Below, piece by piece: positions 44,198-57,100 of a stretch of DNA of 64,000 nucleotides. The stretch is from contig CM119372.1 of assembly GCA_051294905.1 (NCBI GenBank), positions 11,968,001 to 12,032,000 of the forward strand. The letters run 5' to 3'. This stretch comes from Botryllus schlosseri (Eukaryota). The translations under genes and the position numbers were made by a program. The notes beneath the pieces were generated by a model. The model searched no databases. It worked only from the letters and a program-made list of their open reading frames with translations, and was not told the origin of the DNA. Within the stretch, counting starts at the first letter, position 1; every line of letters begins with the position of its first letter.

Positions 44198-45088
44198 GTG
44201 AAATCTTACTTGATAACGGTTACCCTGAACACGTCATCAACCGCGGCATAGAGAGGAAATTAACGCAATTCAACGCAGAAAAGCCAACAGAGCCGAACGA
44301 ACGAACAACCAAAGATGTATATTGCATATATACATCAACCTTGGATTGGACTCATTTCCCCCCGCTTTGAAAAGCAATTGATTTCTGCGGTCAGTAAGTG
44401 TTACGACACGGTCAAAGTCAATGTGATTTTTACGACTACCTAACTGCTCCCTCCAACACGCAAAGACGTGCTATCTGCACTTCAACAAGTAATGTAGTGT
44501 ACGAATATAAGTGCCACTGTGATTGTGGCTACGTATAGGAAGAACGTCAAAGCGTCTGCAGGCCAGGAACGCATAAACCAACATGTCCCCAGATTTATGC
44601 ATTTATCAATACACGTGCATCAGGGTCGGTGAGAAGCTCACCCTTAATTCCTCCGCTTAAGCTTGATGCTGACCGATCAAGGGCCATTAATTCTGCCATT
44701 GGCAAATATCTATTAGATAATCCGATTTGTGCAAATAATTATCGCGTCGTTGGGAGGGGCCGTTCACACTTCCATTTGTGTGTCTTGGAGTCGACTTTTT
44801 CAAAATACACCAACCCAAACTCTGTCAACAAATGGAGTTCGTGTACCACCGAAAATAGTACATTGAACGCTCTCTCATTCGAAATTTCACGCTGGTGACG
44901 TCATATTTTGTGATACGATTGTTGATATACAATGTTCTTTGACCAAACAGTGTTGCGCAGAGCCGACCATCGATGATATCGCATGTATGGACTGCCGAAA
45001 GTTCATAAGAGCAACGCAGCACTTCGCCCGATATTATCAATGTTCTTTGGATAGTATATTCAATTGTATATTGAAGTTGCTGACGATT

Positions 45089-45122
45089 GCCCCTGACGAG
45101 TGTCAGCCGAAAATATTGGGGT
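45089..45122 (+). ncRNA. Hammerhead motif copy with G at the cleavage position (probably inactive)
   Basis: gccc-ctgacga-gtgtcagcc-gaaa-atat-tg-gggt; H17=G violates the NUH rule. Confidence 0.6.
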
Positions 45123-45223
45123 TTATTTCAATATGAATTTTATATTCAATTGTATATTGAAGTTCTGTACCTCCAAGAAGCTCTGCAATGTTCTTTCCAA
45201 TTCTCTACTAGTTGCTAATGATT

Positions 45224-45257
45224 ACCCCCGACGAGTGTCAGCCGAAAATATTCGGGT
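45224..45257 (+). ncRNA. Hammerhead motif copy with U4>C core variant
   Basis: accc-ccgacga-gtgtcagcc-gaaa-atat-tc-gggt. Confidence 0.6.
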
Positions 45258-45397
45258 TTATTTCAATATGAATATACTATTCTAATGAAAAATACTTTAA
45301 TAAGAATATATGTTGAAATATATTGAGAAAAAGTTTAATCAAGTGCCTACAGTAATTTGATTTTGGTACCCATTTTATCAAAATTTTTACAGCGTTT

Positions 45398-47379
45398 ACA
45401 ACGTTCCAAGTTCGAATAGTCTCTACATTATCAGACACGTACATTTTAGAGAATGGTACACCCCAGGGAAGTGTTATTAGCCCATTGCTTTTTTCGATAA
45501 TGCTAAATGACCTGCCATCTGTTATTCAATGTGATCACGGTCTCTATGCGGACGATTGCGCAATGTGGGAAAGCGGTCTCTCTATTCCTAACCTACTATC
45601 ATCGATACAAACGTCGCTTAACAGCTTTTTCGAGAGGTGCTGTAACTGGGGGTTCTCGATATCCATGTCAAAATCGGTAGCAATGCTCTTCACTCGTAAA
45701 CGTAAAGTGGGCTCTTTATCGCTTACAATCGGCGGTAGAGAGGTTTCCTTTGTGGAAAAATGTAAATACCTCGGAGTAGTTTTCGACAAGACCTTGTCTT
45801 ACAGGCACCACATTGATCACGTTATAGAGAAATGCACCAAACGATTAAACTTGATTAGACTTCTTTCCGGGACGCATTGGGGCGCGTCTAAACAATCATT
45901 GCTTGTGCTTTACAGATCACTGATACGCCCGGTTATTGATTACGGCCTCCCTGCTTATGGTTTCGGTGTAAAGTCACAAGTAGATCGAATTCAGGTCCTA
46001 CAAAATCGGGCACTACGGATATGCTGCGGCGCGATGCGTAGCACCCCCATCTGCATCCTTCAAGCTAGCTGCAAGGAAATGCCAGTGCAAGTTCGACATA
46101 AACACCTTTCCCTTAATTACCGATGTCATGTAATGAGTAGACCACTTGGTACCCACCCAGCCGAAGGCCTGATGTCGGACTCATGGCAAGAAATAGACTA
46201 TCTGCTAAACCAAAGGCGGCGCTCTTTCAATACTTTCACCAAATGCTTTTTCACAGATCTCAACGTAAATAGATATCAATGGTCGGCGTTGCCACCGTGG
46301 ACGGTCCCTCGACTCAGAGTGGACAGGAACCTTGTCTCCATCCTTGACCGGCAAGGAGTTCGAGATCATAGCCAACGACATATTTGTCTTGATTATGTTT
46401 CCGACATATACAATAGCGCCACAGAAATCTACACTGACGGCTCCAAGTTCGCCGACTGCGCGGGCTTTGCAGCGTATATCCCTGATCATCAAACTGTCAT
46501 CAAACGGCGTTGCTCAAAACTGCTATCTAGCTTTACATTAGAACTTCTAGCGATATTGTCCGCCTTGAGGTGGATAGTGGAGCGCGGGCAGCCATCTAAT
46601 TACGTTATTCTTTCAGACTGCCTGAGTGGCCTCCAGCATATATGTGAAAGATCGCTTTCGTGTCAACCCGGAATCCAGCGTGAGATAACCTCGTTGAACC
46701 ATCAAGCGACCAACCTCGGTGCAAGTATCCATTACGTATGGATACCAGGGCATGTTGGAATCCCGGGAAATGAAATTGCAGACGCACACGCAAAAGCGGC
46801 GGCAAGCGATGAAGCGCCAGCTTCTGAATTCAATATAGACACACCAACAAAAGACGCAAGAGTTTTAATACTCGAGCATTGCCGGCAACTTTGGAACAAT
46901 GATTACATCCGTGACCGAAAAGGAGCCTGCTATAAACAGCTTCAAAATACAATTTTCAACCGCCTCCCCGACACGAATAATCGTCATTATGATCGAATAT
47001 TATTTCGTCTACGGTCAGGTCATTGCCGTCTTAATTCCCATTTATTCAAGATTGGGTGTGCCGACTCCCCCTTGTGTTCCTTATGCTGCGTCCCAGACAC
47101 TGTTTCACATTTGCTAATGGAATGTCGTAAATTTGAATTTCATCGCCGCTTTTTGATTGCTCATTGTGCCAATGAAAACGTTGCTTTCTCTGTACAAAAT
47201 CTATTGACCCTCCATTGCCTAACTATACCAGTTATAGAATTTATTCTCTCCTGCGAATTATTTCTCTGATCTATTTGCTTCTCTCCGATTGCCTCATTGA
47301 ATGTATATACTGAGCGTGTCGCAAATAACCATCATCGGTTGAAAGCGACACTTGTTTCTCCATAATAATAATAATAATA
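45398..47379 (+). mobile_element. 5'-truncated I-group LINE (RT-RNase H) with (TAA)n tail
   Basis: The ORF above, a short 3' UTR, a (taa)n tail at ~47362-47379, and TSD acagcgttt at 45389-45397 and 47380-47388. Confidence 0.92.
45401..47269 (+). CDS. Non-LTR retrotransposon ORF2 fragment: RT C-terminal half, RNase H and CCHC knuckle
   Basis: Open frame from 45401 through ORF 45485..47269. RT motifs GTPQGSVISPLLF, LYADD, KYLGVVFD; RNase H IYTDGSK, ELLAI, SDC, WIPGHVGIPGNEIAD; RLRSGH; CSLC..PDTVSHLLMEC. Confidence 0.95.
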   Translation, partial: TFQVRIVSTLSDTYILENGTPQGSVISPLLFSIMLNDLPSVIQCDHGLYADDCAMWESGLSIPNLLSSIQTSLNSFFERCCNWGFSISMSKSVAMLFTRKRKVGSLSLTIGGREVSFVEKCKYLGVVFDKTLSYRHHIDHVIEKCTKRLNLIRLLSGTHWGASKQSLLVLYRSLIRPVIDYGLPAYGFGVKSQVDRIQVLQNRALRICCGAMRSTPICILQASCKEMPVQVRHKHLSLNYRCHVMSRPLGTHPAEGLMSDSWQEIDYLLNQRRRSFNTFTKCFFTDLNVNRYQWSALPPWTVPRLRVDRNLVSILDRQGVRDHSQRHICLDYVSDIYNSATEIYTDGSKFADCAGFAAYIPDHQTVIKRRCSKLLSSFTLELLAILSALRWIVERGQPSNYVILSDCLSGLQHICERSLSCQPGIQREITSLNHQATNLGASIHYVWIPGHVGIPGNEIADAHAKAAASDEAPASEFNIDTPTKDARVLILEHCRQLWNNDYIRDRKGACYKQLQNTIFNRLPDTNNRHYDRILFRLRSGHCRLNSHLFKIGCADSPLCSLCCVPDTVSHLLMECRKFEFHRRFLIAHCANENVAFSVQNLLTLHCLTIPVIEFILSCELFL

Positions 47380-48142
47380 ACAGCGTTTCTTGAGGCTTTC
47401 GCGAGCCGTACAAAACGGTGTCGCGGGCCGTAGTTTGCCCACCTCTGTCTTATCGGATTGTAATGGAGTTGAGCTATACTTTGACAAATTCCTACATCAT
47501 GCACCGGGAACGTCCAGCCCTTGCGGTGGCACACTGTTCGACCCGCGATCTTTTGTTCTACTTTTTTCCTATATAAACTTTTCACACCATTAGAGCTGAA
47601 GCAAGATATCTCTTAAATAAATAGCTGTAATCAGGAAAAAATTGCCAGAAGGGAAAGTGCTCACAACTTCCGCAAATCTCGACTTGGACCTTATAATGTT
47701 TGTTTATTTTCATCCTCGTGGATCCTTGTCAGCACGACATGGCGTATATTATAATTTCCCTCCCATACTTCATCCTGTTTCTTCTACGACCGTTCATAAT
47801 TTAGTGACAATCGTTTATCTCAACCCACCGTTGACCCGTCTCCATATTCGAATTTTTGCATTCGCCCCAGTGTAAAAGGGTTGCCGACACCGGCCTTATT
47901 CTGTGTCTTGAAAACACGTATCTGAATTCGATTCATTTATGTAAAAACATAACATTATAGAAAGGTAGGAATAGTTGCTCCATCCAATACCCATAGTGAA
48001 TATCACATTCACATATAGAAGCATTTGTAGCATGTGGATTGACAAAGAAAATCGCCCTTTCTCGCAATGTCTTTGACTTTTCACCGACATCTGGCAACCA
48101 AAGAAATCATTCAACCGCAACATCCCATGCGTGTGGTTTTAT

Positions 48143-51100
48143 TCACAGATATGTTGGTTTCATGTCAGATCGCAGCGGTAAAAAGGCCTTCACTCTGCTT
48201 CCAGACATCAATAATGCATTTTTCCATATGTACGATTCAGCCTTGGTGGACTTTATCCACGGCCGGTGTGGTCCTCCTGAACAGATTGGGTATTAGGATC
48301 TATAATCTTAGAACTGTGAACTCAAGATTACTCATCCAATGTAATGTATTTTGCGCTAGGCGTGCCAAGAAAGACCTATATAATATATGCAGGCTATGCA
48401 CTGCTTTCATAGAGCGATCGTTAATAAGGAATAAGATCATGAATGTGTGTTCTATGTTGACGATAAAATTACAATTTCACTAACCTTGACCAATTGACAA
48501 TATCGCCCCTCCTATTATTTCTTGCTTTTTAAAGTGCTCACTCCCCACCACTATTTCCAAGCTCCTCTCTCGCAATTCAGACTGCGAGAATCCAGCAAGA
48601 ACAAAAGTGTGTTTCCATCTGAAACAATAAAAATATCCTGGTGGTTACACAGCATATAGAATGGTTCTTTGAGCTTTTTGGGACGAAGGTCACGGTTCAA
48701 TGTAAAATCGAATACCAACGCTGTGGAGACACATTACAGATGGAAGTGGACCGTGGAAATATTTGGCTCGAGCCCGCCAGATAGTTTCCGGACTCGATCC
48801 GAAACCGAAGGTTGATATTGCATGCAATTTGCGCCCGGTAAACTAGTTTTATATATGCGAGACACACCGAAATGAAATGAAAATGATGCAATAAATGTTC
48901 CTCAACGCTATATAGTGATGCGGTAAGAGTTCGAAGTGCCTCGGCTGTAAGTTGTAAGGGAGCGATTACTCGTGGCTTATAATCTGTGCACTGTACAGTA
49001 CACGGTACACAGTGCCATCGGTAGTAATAATTAACTATGAACATTATACTATGATAATTAACGAATATATTAGACGCGCATCATATTATCATTATGATAT
49101 TTTTGTTTCGGCTACCTTCTTATGCTGCAAGAACCCAAAGATGACATGTACCTATGCGATCGCTATTTCGTCTAAGGGTCTGACATCACACAAAAACAAT
49201 AGAGTACCAATATATTAGCGTAACGTCTGCAAGTTTGTACGACGTTGTGATGAATTTCCATTTGCTACTACTAGAATTACAATATTTTGGAATCGGGAAT
49301 TTTCAGACTTACAATGCTGGAGTAAAATCCGGAAAATGGTAAATTCACCACGAAGTTGTGGTTGGTTGACTAGAAAAATAGGTCAACTTTCCGGCTCAAT
49401 TCCCGAAATACAGTTTTTCTTTCACATTTGCCGTTGGTTGACTAAAAAAAGGTCGTCACTTACGTACGAACCACGAATTTCCTGTTTAGCGTCATTTATG
49501 CCCATTTAACTCAAATCTATCCCTCATCTTATCTGTAAAAGCTGTAATGGAGGACGAATTGCCAAAAAGGAGGACATTTTCAAAACCCTCAAAAAAGATG
49601 ACAAATCCTCCGAAAGCAGGAGGTATGGTAACCCTCGCTAGTACGGATTTAAAACCTTCAGTATGAACATCACTCAACAGAAGAACGTGAATATTGCATA
49701 TGCTACGAGCGCACCTGTTTTGTTGTTCTGATAAATTAGCCGAGGCTGGCGATGATTACTTTTGTCGAAACAATCATATCACTCTGAGCAAAAAGACTGT
49801 GTATTTCCACCCGTGTGCCACCCCTCATGATATACGGGTGTGAACCCACGTAGCAAACGAAACCAGAAGCTAACTCAGACTTATACCGAGGTATAAACCG
49901 AGTACAACATTTTAATCCAAATTATGCATACATGTAGGGACGTAGGGAGGTATAGGTACGTATGATTTATGACCGCGATATAAATATATAATACTGAGTT
50001 AGGTTCTAATCTCGAGTCCACCTTTTTTGGTCGTCTGTTTGTTAATACACACTCCTTTCGCTAAAAGTGTAGAATGACCAGACAGCGGGACGGCATGTCA
50101 ACAAACCATGCGGGTTTGACTGCACTGGCGTATACTCAAATATTGTTCAAAACAGCTGGCAAGTACGAATGGGGAGGCCAGTACAAATCCGTCTATCAAG
50201 ATTAGCGGAGTTGGCCAGTAACGAAGAACCTCTACGTTTTAGGCGAAACCATGGTTGTAAGCAAGTCACAAGGTTCCGAGACACAAGTCAATCTCACTTT
50301 TTATAGTTTTGACTCGAGTCAAGTCGAGTCATTTTGAATTCACCACAGAGTCAAGTCCGAGTCTAAGTCCGCTAGTAGAGGGTCGAGACCGAGTCATAGT
50401 GTTCACTGTTCACTTTTCAGTTCGATCCGGTTCAACCCGCTATTTTCGACTCTGTTCGCGTGATATATAATGGCTCGCATTCATAATGTAATATTCTTCA
50501 GTCTTGACAGTTTCTGGCCCCATTTTCCAAGTATCAGGACTGATAGACGACATACCAATAATGTTGTAACTTTACAATTCTTCGAAGTTACAATGAAATA
50601 ATGTCAGTCTTGGTCGTCCTAGTATCGGGTCAGATTGCTTGTTCGAGTCATGCACAATGATTCGAGTACAAGTCCAGTAAATAGAAAAAATTGACACGAT
50701 TCGAGTCGAGTCATTTTACACATTTGAAAAAATGACTCCAGTCAAGTTGAGTTACCAAAGAATCGCGACTCGAGTCAATACAACCATGGGCGAAACTACT
50801 AAATTTCTGTGCATTTAAATGGCTTTTGTAAAGTAGATAGTAGTTTTGGGTATGTTTGAAAGACTGTAACGAGCGATATTGTAATAAGAACTGGGCGAAT
50901 TTGTGGCCAGATAGCACAGTGGTATAATCCGCGGCTGCAACACCAATGGGTTGCGAGTTCGGTTCCGACCGACGTCGACTTCGGGAGTCCTATACCGAAG
51001 TGCTGGAGGTTTATTCAGGCTTGTCCTCAACACCTCATCCGCGTAAGCGGTGTCTTACAAAAAGCCTAGAAGAAGTGGGCCGTGCTATACGTCGGCCTGG

Positions 51101-54100
51101 TGTAAATGACCAATGACCATAGTAGTCGACAAACACCATGAATACCAGACAAAAAAATGGGCGAATTAGATCTCGTAACACGGTAGCTGAATATATGTTC
51201 GAAAATGTAATCTATTAGTAGTGTCACTAATAATTTTGCGCGATAGTTGTTAAAATATGCGACCCCTCGAAATTACTTATTTGAGTACTCTTGAACATTA
51301 AATTTTCGAATCCCAATTGAAGTAGTTTTGACGTGTCTTTGAAACCGCTATTTCTACTTGTACTTGAGTAGAAAATCGACATTACTTTTATTTCTATTTG
51401 AGTACCAACGCTGACTATTTTTACCACCTGATGATTTATCTTGATCGATTGTTACCATACAAGAAATTCATTAATGTCGCGGTTACGTCACTTCAATTTC
51501 GCATTCGTTTTCCATTACATTTTTATCGAACATTATAATCCAATAAGTCGTCGGGAGGTCTTTCCGACTCCGAGAAAATTGCTGCGTGATCGAAATTATC
51601 GGCATAGCATCATCATACCCAATAGTATCGGAAATATGCTTACACCCTGTTTCCGTATTTGATATGCACACATCGATTTACCGATTCAACCCTATGTATA
51701 TTTATAATTGTACAATGTGCATTGTGCATGCTAGCATATATGTTTGAAAAACAATGTATTGAGATCAGATTTATATATGTAGATATATGTATAAAATAAT
51801 ACATTTTTACATTGAAACGCGGATGATTATAAGGAGTATGAACTGATCGCTCACCGTCGAATTTACGTCTTATATCAGTGGATTGATCGAAGTAGCAGAA
51901 ACAGTCGTCACATTCAAGCAATATGAATAAAATAACTTGCCGTGCAATGGCTTGTATTGTTTGTGAATTCTATTGCGTATGTATGAGAGCAAAAGCAAAT
52001 AATATACGATAGCCTATATTTAGATATCAGTAAGCATCACCACTATCCAATTGTCCAAGCCTACTCAAAAAATATCGAAGTCATTATACACAATTCACTG
52101 CACAGGAAAGAAATACGTAATATACGTCACGTATTAGCTTAAGATCATATTTACCGAGGCTCATTATTTTTCTTGATGACTGCACTTTTCATTTTTGAGT
52201 TGTGAAACTTGTCCGGAAGCAAATAACATTTAACGTAAGTGCTTGGAGAGGCCTTGATTTTCCTGAAAGTAACAGCATGTCGAATTTACATTTTTATTTC
52301 CCACAGAAAATCGAGCGCAGTTTCGAGGCAAAATGAAATGATTCCAGATTTTGATAACGAATTGTGATTTGGAAAAGTCTGTGTATCCGCTTCATTAACA
52401 TCACGGCGTAAAAATGGAAAATGTGGCGATGAAACATAAAGGTGATATATATGACCTGCCTTCTTGTAGGCTGGCCTTGATCACAACTTGCACCGCGTTA
52501 CACATTCGTACAGTTGGAGGCCAATATGAGCAAAACTTTCAGTCACATATACACTGATACATAATGCACTCCCTTTATCTTTAATTTATGGCCACCTTGA
52601 AGCTATTATATCACATATATCACAATCTCTCCTTGATTTGCTTACCCCGAGTGGTCCTGGAATTTCGCACCCATGATAGACACATGAAGCTCCCCGTACA
52701 TGGATTCAGGACATCCACTTTTACAAGTGTTGTCGATTTGAAGATTGGCACTAGTGACATCGTTGTACTCCTTCCTACTTAGAACGTTGCGGTTTGGAGT
52801 CGACGAATTCTTACTATAAGAACATATAACGAATAGAGTTTGCATTGCAGGAGGTCGTAATCGTAACCGAAAGATTTTACTCACGTTCCATTTCGCGGTA
52901 TCTCCACTCTGTTCATATTTTTACTCTTCAGAGAATCCGATGAGTAGTAGATAACTGATATTTCCATATTTCCGACGGTGTTCATACCATCAATCTGAAG
53001 CGAAGCAATATTCCTGATCATTCCAATGATCCCGATGATTAACCCAAGTTTGTATGTACGACATATGAAATAATGTCATGCGACAGATACCATATTAATC
53101 AGCATTGAAATTTAGCCAATCTGACCATTAGATCCTGCATACAAGTCTGTTTGTAATGCATGGTATATTTCAGCCACGGATATCAAGATACCAATGATTT
53201 CAGCAATGGAACGGCCATTTTATCAGCAGACCGCCACGCCACATGTTTCGCGGGAAGAACTAAGGATAAACTTCGTTCAATTACGACGTTGGGAATGCAG
53301 TGGACTTTGGTGACAATATTAGAGCATTGTATACGATCACGCTGGTAGGTATTTAGGCATTGCTTAGTGCAGGGGTCGCCAACTCAAAATGGGTCGCGGG
53401 CCACTTTTCCGAATTCCTATAGGCCGCGGGCCGCAGGACATCAATATCGATATAAAAGTACGCAACGCAGTTCAACAACCACATCTGATAACTCTATGTT
53501 ATTACAATGCTGTGCTCTCTGACATGGGCGACGGTTATAGTCACCACAAAAGAAATAATATTTTATTGAACAAACACAAATACAACAAAAAGTATCGGGA
53601 TCATCAATTTCGTTATATTTTGAACTATATGAGCTGTACACGATACCTGGCAACAGTCTGAAGCCGCTAAAACAGGGGTGGCCAACATTTTTGCTATTCC
53701 TGGCCGCATTTCGATTACTCATGTAGCCTGCGACCGCATACCGGTGGTTAGTGGTGATAATCTAGCTGGGGCCAAATACCCACGTTAAACTGTCCATGTC
53801 CGTTGCCGATACACTCCGAACTAATAAATTTATGCATATCGGCTTACTATGCGCACCGAAATCGTTAGTAGCTGTGTTGTAAAGACCCACCAGAAAACCG
53901 CGGTCTGTAGTCGCGCGAAGCGCGAAAAATTTTCATGTTCATTAGTGAATTTCGTCAATAAATATTCGTATAGTTTCACATATTACTATAAAATATCTAT
54001 CCTTTCGCGGCCAATGTGATCAGATTCACCTATAGATCTGATGTAGGCGGTATCTTAGAAAGCGTAGGGTTGTTATCAAAAGTGTCGACAGCCGCATAAT

Positions 54101-57100
54101 TTCCCTTCTACTGCCGCAGATTGAGCACTCCCGGATTAAAGAATCAATATTTAGGTTGGCTAGACACGGTAGGCCTACTTGCTAGACAACTATCTCCTCG
54201 TATAGCATCGACTTTTGGGGAGCCCGAGGTCGTTTTTCACGCGTCTCGGTCTTGGCAGTGGTGGGCCATTGCACGTCAAGGCAATATTATGCCCATTCGT
54301 ACTAGCAAATTCTTCACCCAAGGAATGATATTACCATGCCGAAGCCGTATCAACTAGTAAGGAATAGTGATATTGGGCACAGTATAATGGCTTACTTTGA
54401 ACAACAACAACAATATTATGTTTCAATTGAAATCAATTTCAGCGTTTCAAAATGATTTACTAAGCGTTTTTGTGAAAATTTTTCAAATCAGGTCGCGGGC
54501 CGCAAAATAGGACCTCGTGGGCCGCATGCGGCCCGCGGGCCGCGTGTTGGTGACCCCTGGCTTAGTGTCTACTTTATGCGTAAGGGCAAATGCTGAATCA
54601 AATTTTGATTCTTCAATGTTATGAAGTCATATTTGCTTGTTAGGGTATAACTGTGACATGACTTTATTATTGAAAAAGTTTACCCTCTCCATATTTGCAT
54701 TCTGGCTACACCGAATACGCGCACAAAGTGTCTGAAAACCCCGTGATACTACCAACATCACCCTTCATATAACAAGTTTGACAATAGCGTATGCACTGCA
54801 CAGTCATCAATGTAAATTTGGAGGTTTATCTAGGCTCCTCCTCGGCACCTGGTGCGCTTAAGCGAGCAGTGCTACAAGTCGGCAGCTACAGAATCGAAAT
54901 AAAGAATATCAGCCTGGTGTAAATGACCATGGCAGTCGAAGGACCCGATGAATGCCACAAACAACAACAACAACAAAAACAAAGTAAACTCCTTTAAGCT
55001 GAAGAAATGTAGAAAAATACACGCGATGTTTTTCGAAACTCTGGCTATATAGTCCACAAGCTCCTACGATCCAAGAATGCCACATAAAATAATCCTATAC
55101 TCAACTGCAGACTAGTTGAATATTTAATAATAATTCAGTGTTTCGTCCAAGTGTAGAAAAAATGAAGTGACTTTTGGGTCGATTAATTGGTAAATTGATC
55201 GCACATATAATAGTCGGAAATAGAAGTCAAATGGAATATGAAGCGGGACAGCAGTACCGTGTATCGATTTTCTAAGATCGAATGTGCATTTTTTTCGATA
55301 AAAGTGCTTTTCTTATCCACGTAAAATGGAAATGAGTAGCTAACGTCTGACCTCGAGGGTAGTGAGGGTACACGGCAATAGGCGTACCAGCAACAATTAC
55401 ACTGGTCAACAAAATAAAATTAAAATTGGCAGAACATTTAGGAGTCGTTTCTGGGGTTTTCAAGGTTGCTGATCACGAACATCACATTAGTTTTGCCAGA
55501 TTTTGGCTGTAGTAGAGAATATACTTATACCCCTAAACAAGCATGAAATCACTGTATTCACTTTGGAAAATTTCACTAGGTAGTTGGTAAATCTTGGATT
55601 TTTCTACTTTTATACTGCGCATAAATAGTTAATTGACCATGAAGAACCCTCATGTCGTTTTCAGTCATTCCATTAATATTGACATGACCTGATGCGAGAT
55701 CTTTGTTAGTTTAAAAAAATACAGTTTGTCAAGCTCAAGAATTGTACTTTTGCACAACGGAAATATATTTTTCCTGTACCAATTGGTCATTCTACCAAGA
55801 TGAAAGAAGAGTATAAAGCTATCAAATTTGTCCTTGGAAAGCTTAAGTATGCGTCTCATCTCTTTTGACTTGTAAATGGATAATTTTCCGCTGAGCCAAC
55901 AAAGTGCGTATACCTAGTATAGAGTCACTGCGTGGAATCCCTTCTATAATGATATAAAACTTTGGAAGATCGCAAAGCACCCACAACTACAAACAGTTGG
56001 TACAAGAATTAGTATATGAACCTTGGAGCAAACATGAGCATTAAATCTCACTTCTTGTTCAGTCATCTTGGTATATTTTCTGATAATATTGTTGATTAGA
56101 GGGAATAGAAAGGGGAAAGGTTACACCAATACATCAAAACAACAAAATAAAGATATCAGTGCAGATGAGAAGAACATATTATGGCGGACTATTTCTGAAA
56201 CCTTTCGAGAAACTTCACGAAATTTCTTACAAGCGAAAATAGTACAATAAACAATTTTGCTTTGAGATAAGCTAATAATATTATATTCCCACTGATCGTT
56301 TTGAATTTATGATTAGGTCGTTGACACAAAACTGATTGAATTAATGCAATGTCATTTGAGTATCTTAGGTAAACACTTACATACAGGATTGGAGTTTATT
56401 TATGAACATGATATCCGTGAAAGTTTCCAACTATATGATAAATCTAAAACCCTGAAATATAACGCTGTAGATGTAACAGTCTTCAGCGTTTAAAAATAAC
56501 TAGTAGATTGAATTTCGGAACTTTATAGTACGACTGAGCCAATTTTTTACCTAGGATGGCGAAAATATGAGATTTTAGTCAAAATAGCCCATGGGTTATC
56601 TTCAAAAATAGAGCCAATTTGAAATAACAAAGGTCATATTCGGAATCAGCTCCCTTCAGAACGCCCAAAACCACTCTTACTTTGTCTGCCTAAAAATATG
56701 TGTTGACCAGTGTTATCGTTTAACGACGAGTAGTCTACGTAGTATTAACAATGAAAAAAAATACCTGCTGGTCTTGAAGAGAGAGAGATGCGTTTATTGC
56801 GAGCGGTCTTAGTAACTGCGACCCAAAACTACAGCGACATGTATAATGTACATGTACATTGTACAGTTGTACACGATACATTAAAACGCCAACGGATGGA
56901 GTCACAAATTGGTAATCAAGCTAATCAAATGATAAATATAGAGAGGAGCGCGCCTTGAGAGTCGCTACAGTCTCATCACAGAGTTCAGCAATCGTAAATT
57001 CGTCGTCTTAATTCGTTTACATGCGTTAATAAAAACCAAACTATCTGTCTTGAAATTGAATGGAGAAAATTATGCTAATGACATGAAATATTTTGATTTT

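Larger units (their letters stand above)
43428..45283 (+). mobile_element. Penelope-like element (PLE), 5'-truncated and degenerate, with inverted 5' pLTR
   Basis: Frameshifted RT-thumb/GIY-YIG remnants: EILLDNGYPEHVI (~44200), SNVVYEYKCHCDCGYV-GRTSKRL (~44490-44560), SAIGKYLLDN (~44690). Partially tandem 3' repeats at ~45038-45283 and an inverted copy at 43428-43565, as is typical of PLE insertions. Confidence 0.85.
40280..47447. mobile_element. Non-autonomous hAT-type element acting as host for nested insertions
   Basis: Termini caggagcgggcaaac / gtttgcccacctctg with subterminal cgcgggccg motifs; perfect 8-bp TSD tcttatcg at 40272-40279 and 47448-47455. Confidence 0.85.

Noticed and set aside
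51483..51921. Extra SYTL exons (ORFs 51483-51671 and 51640-51921)
   Set aside because: The C2B domain splices cleanly from 52155 to 48618 without them, and they show no recognisable motif.
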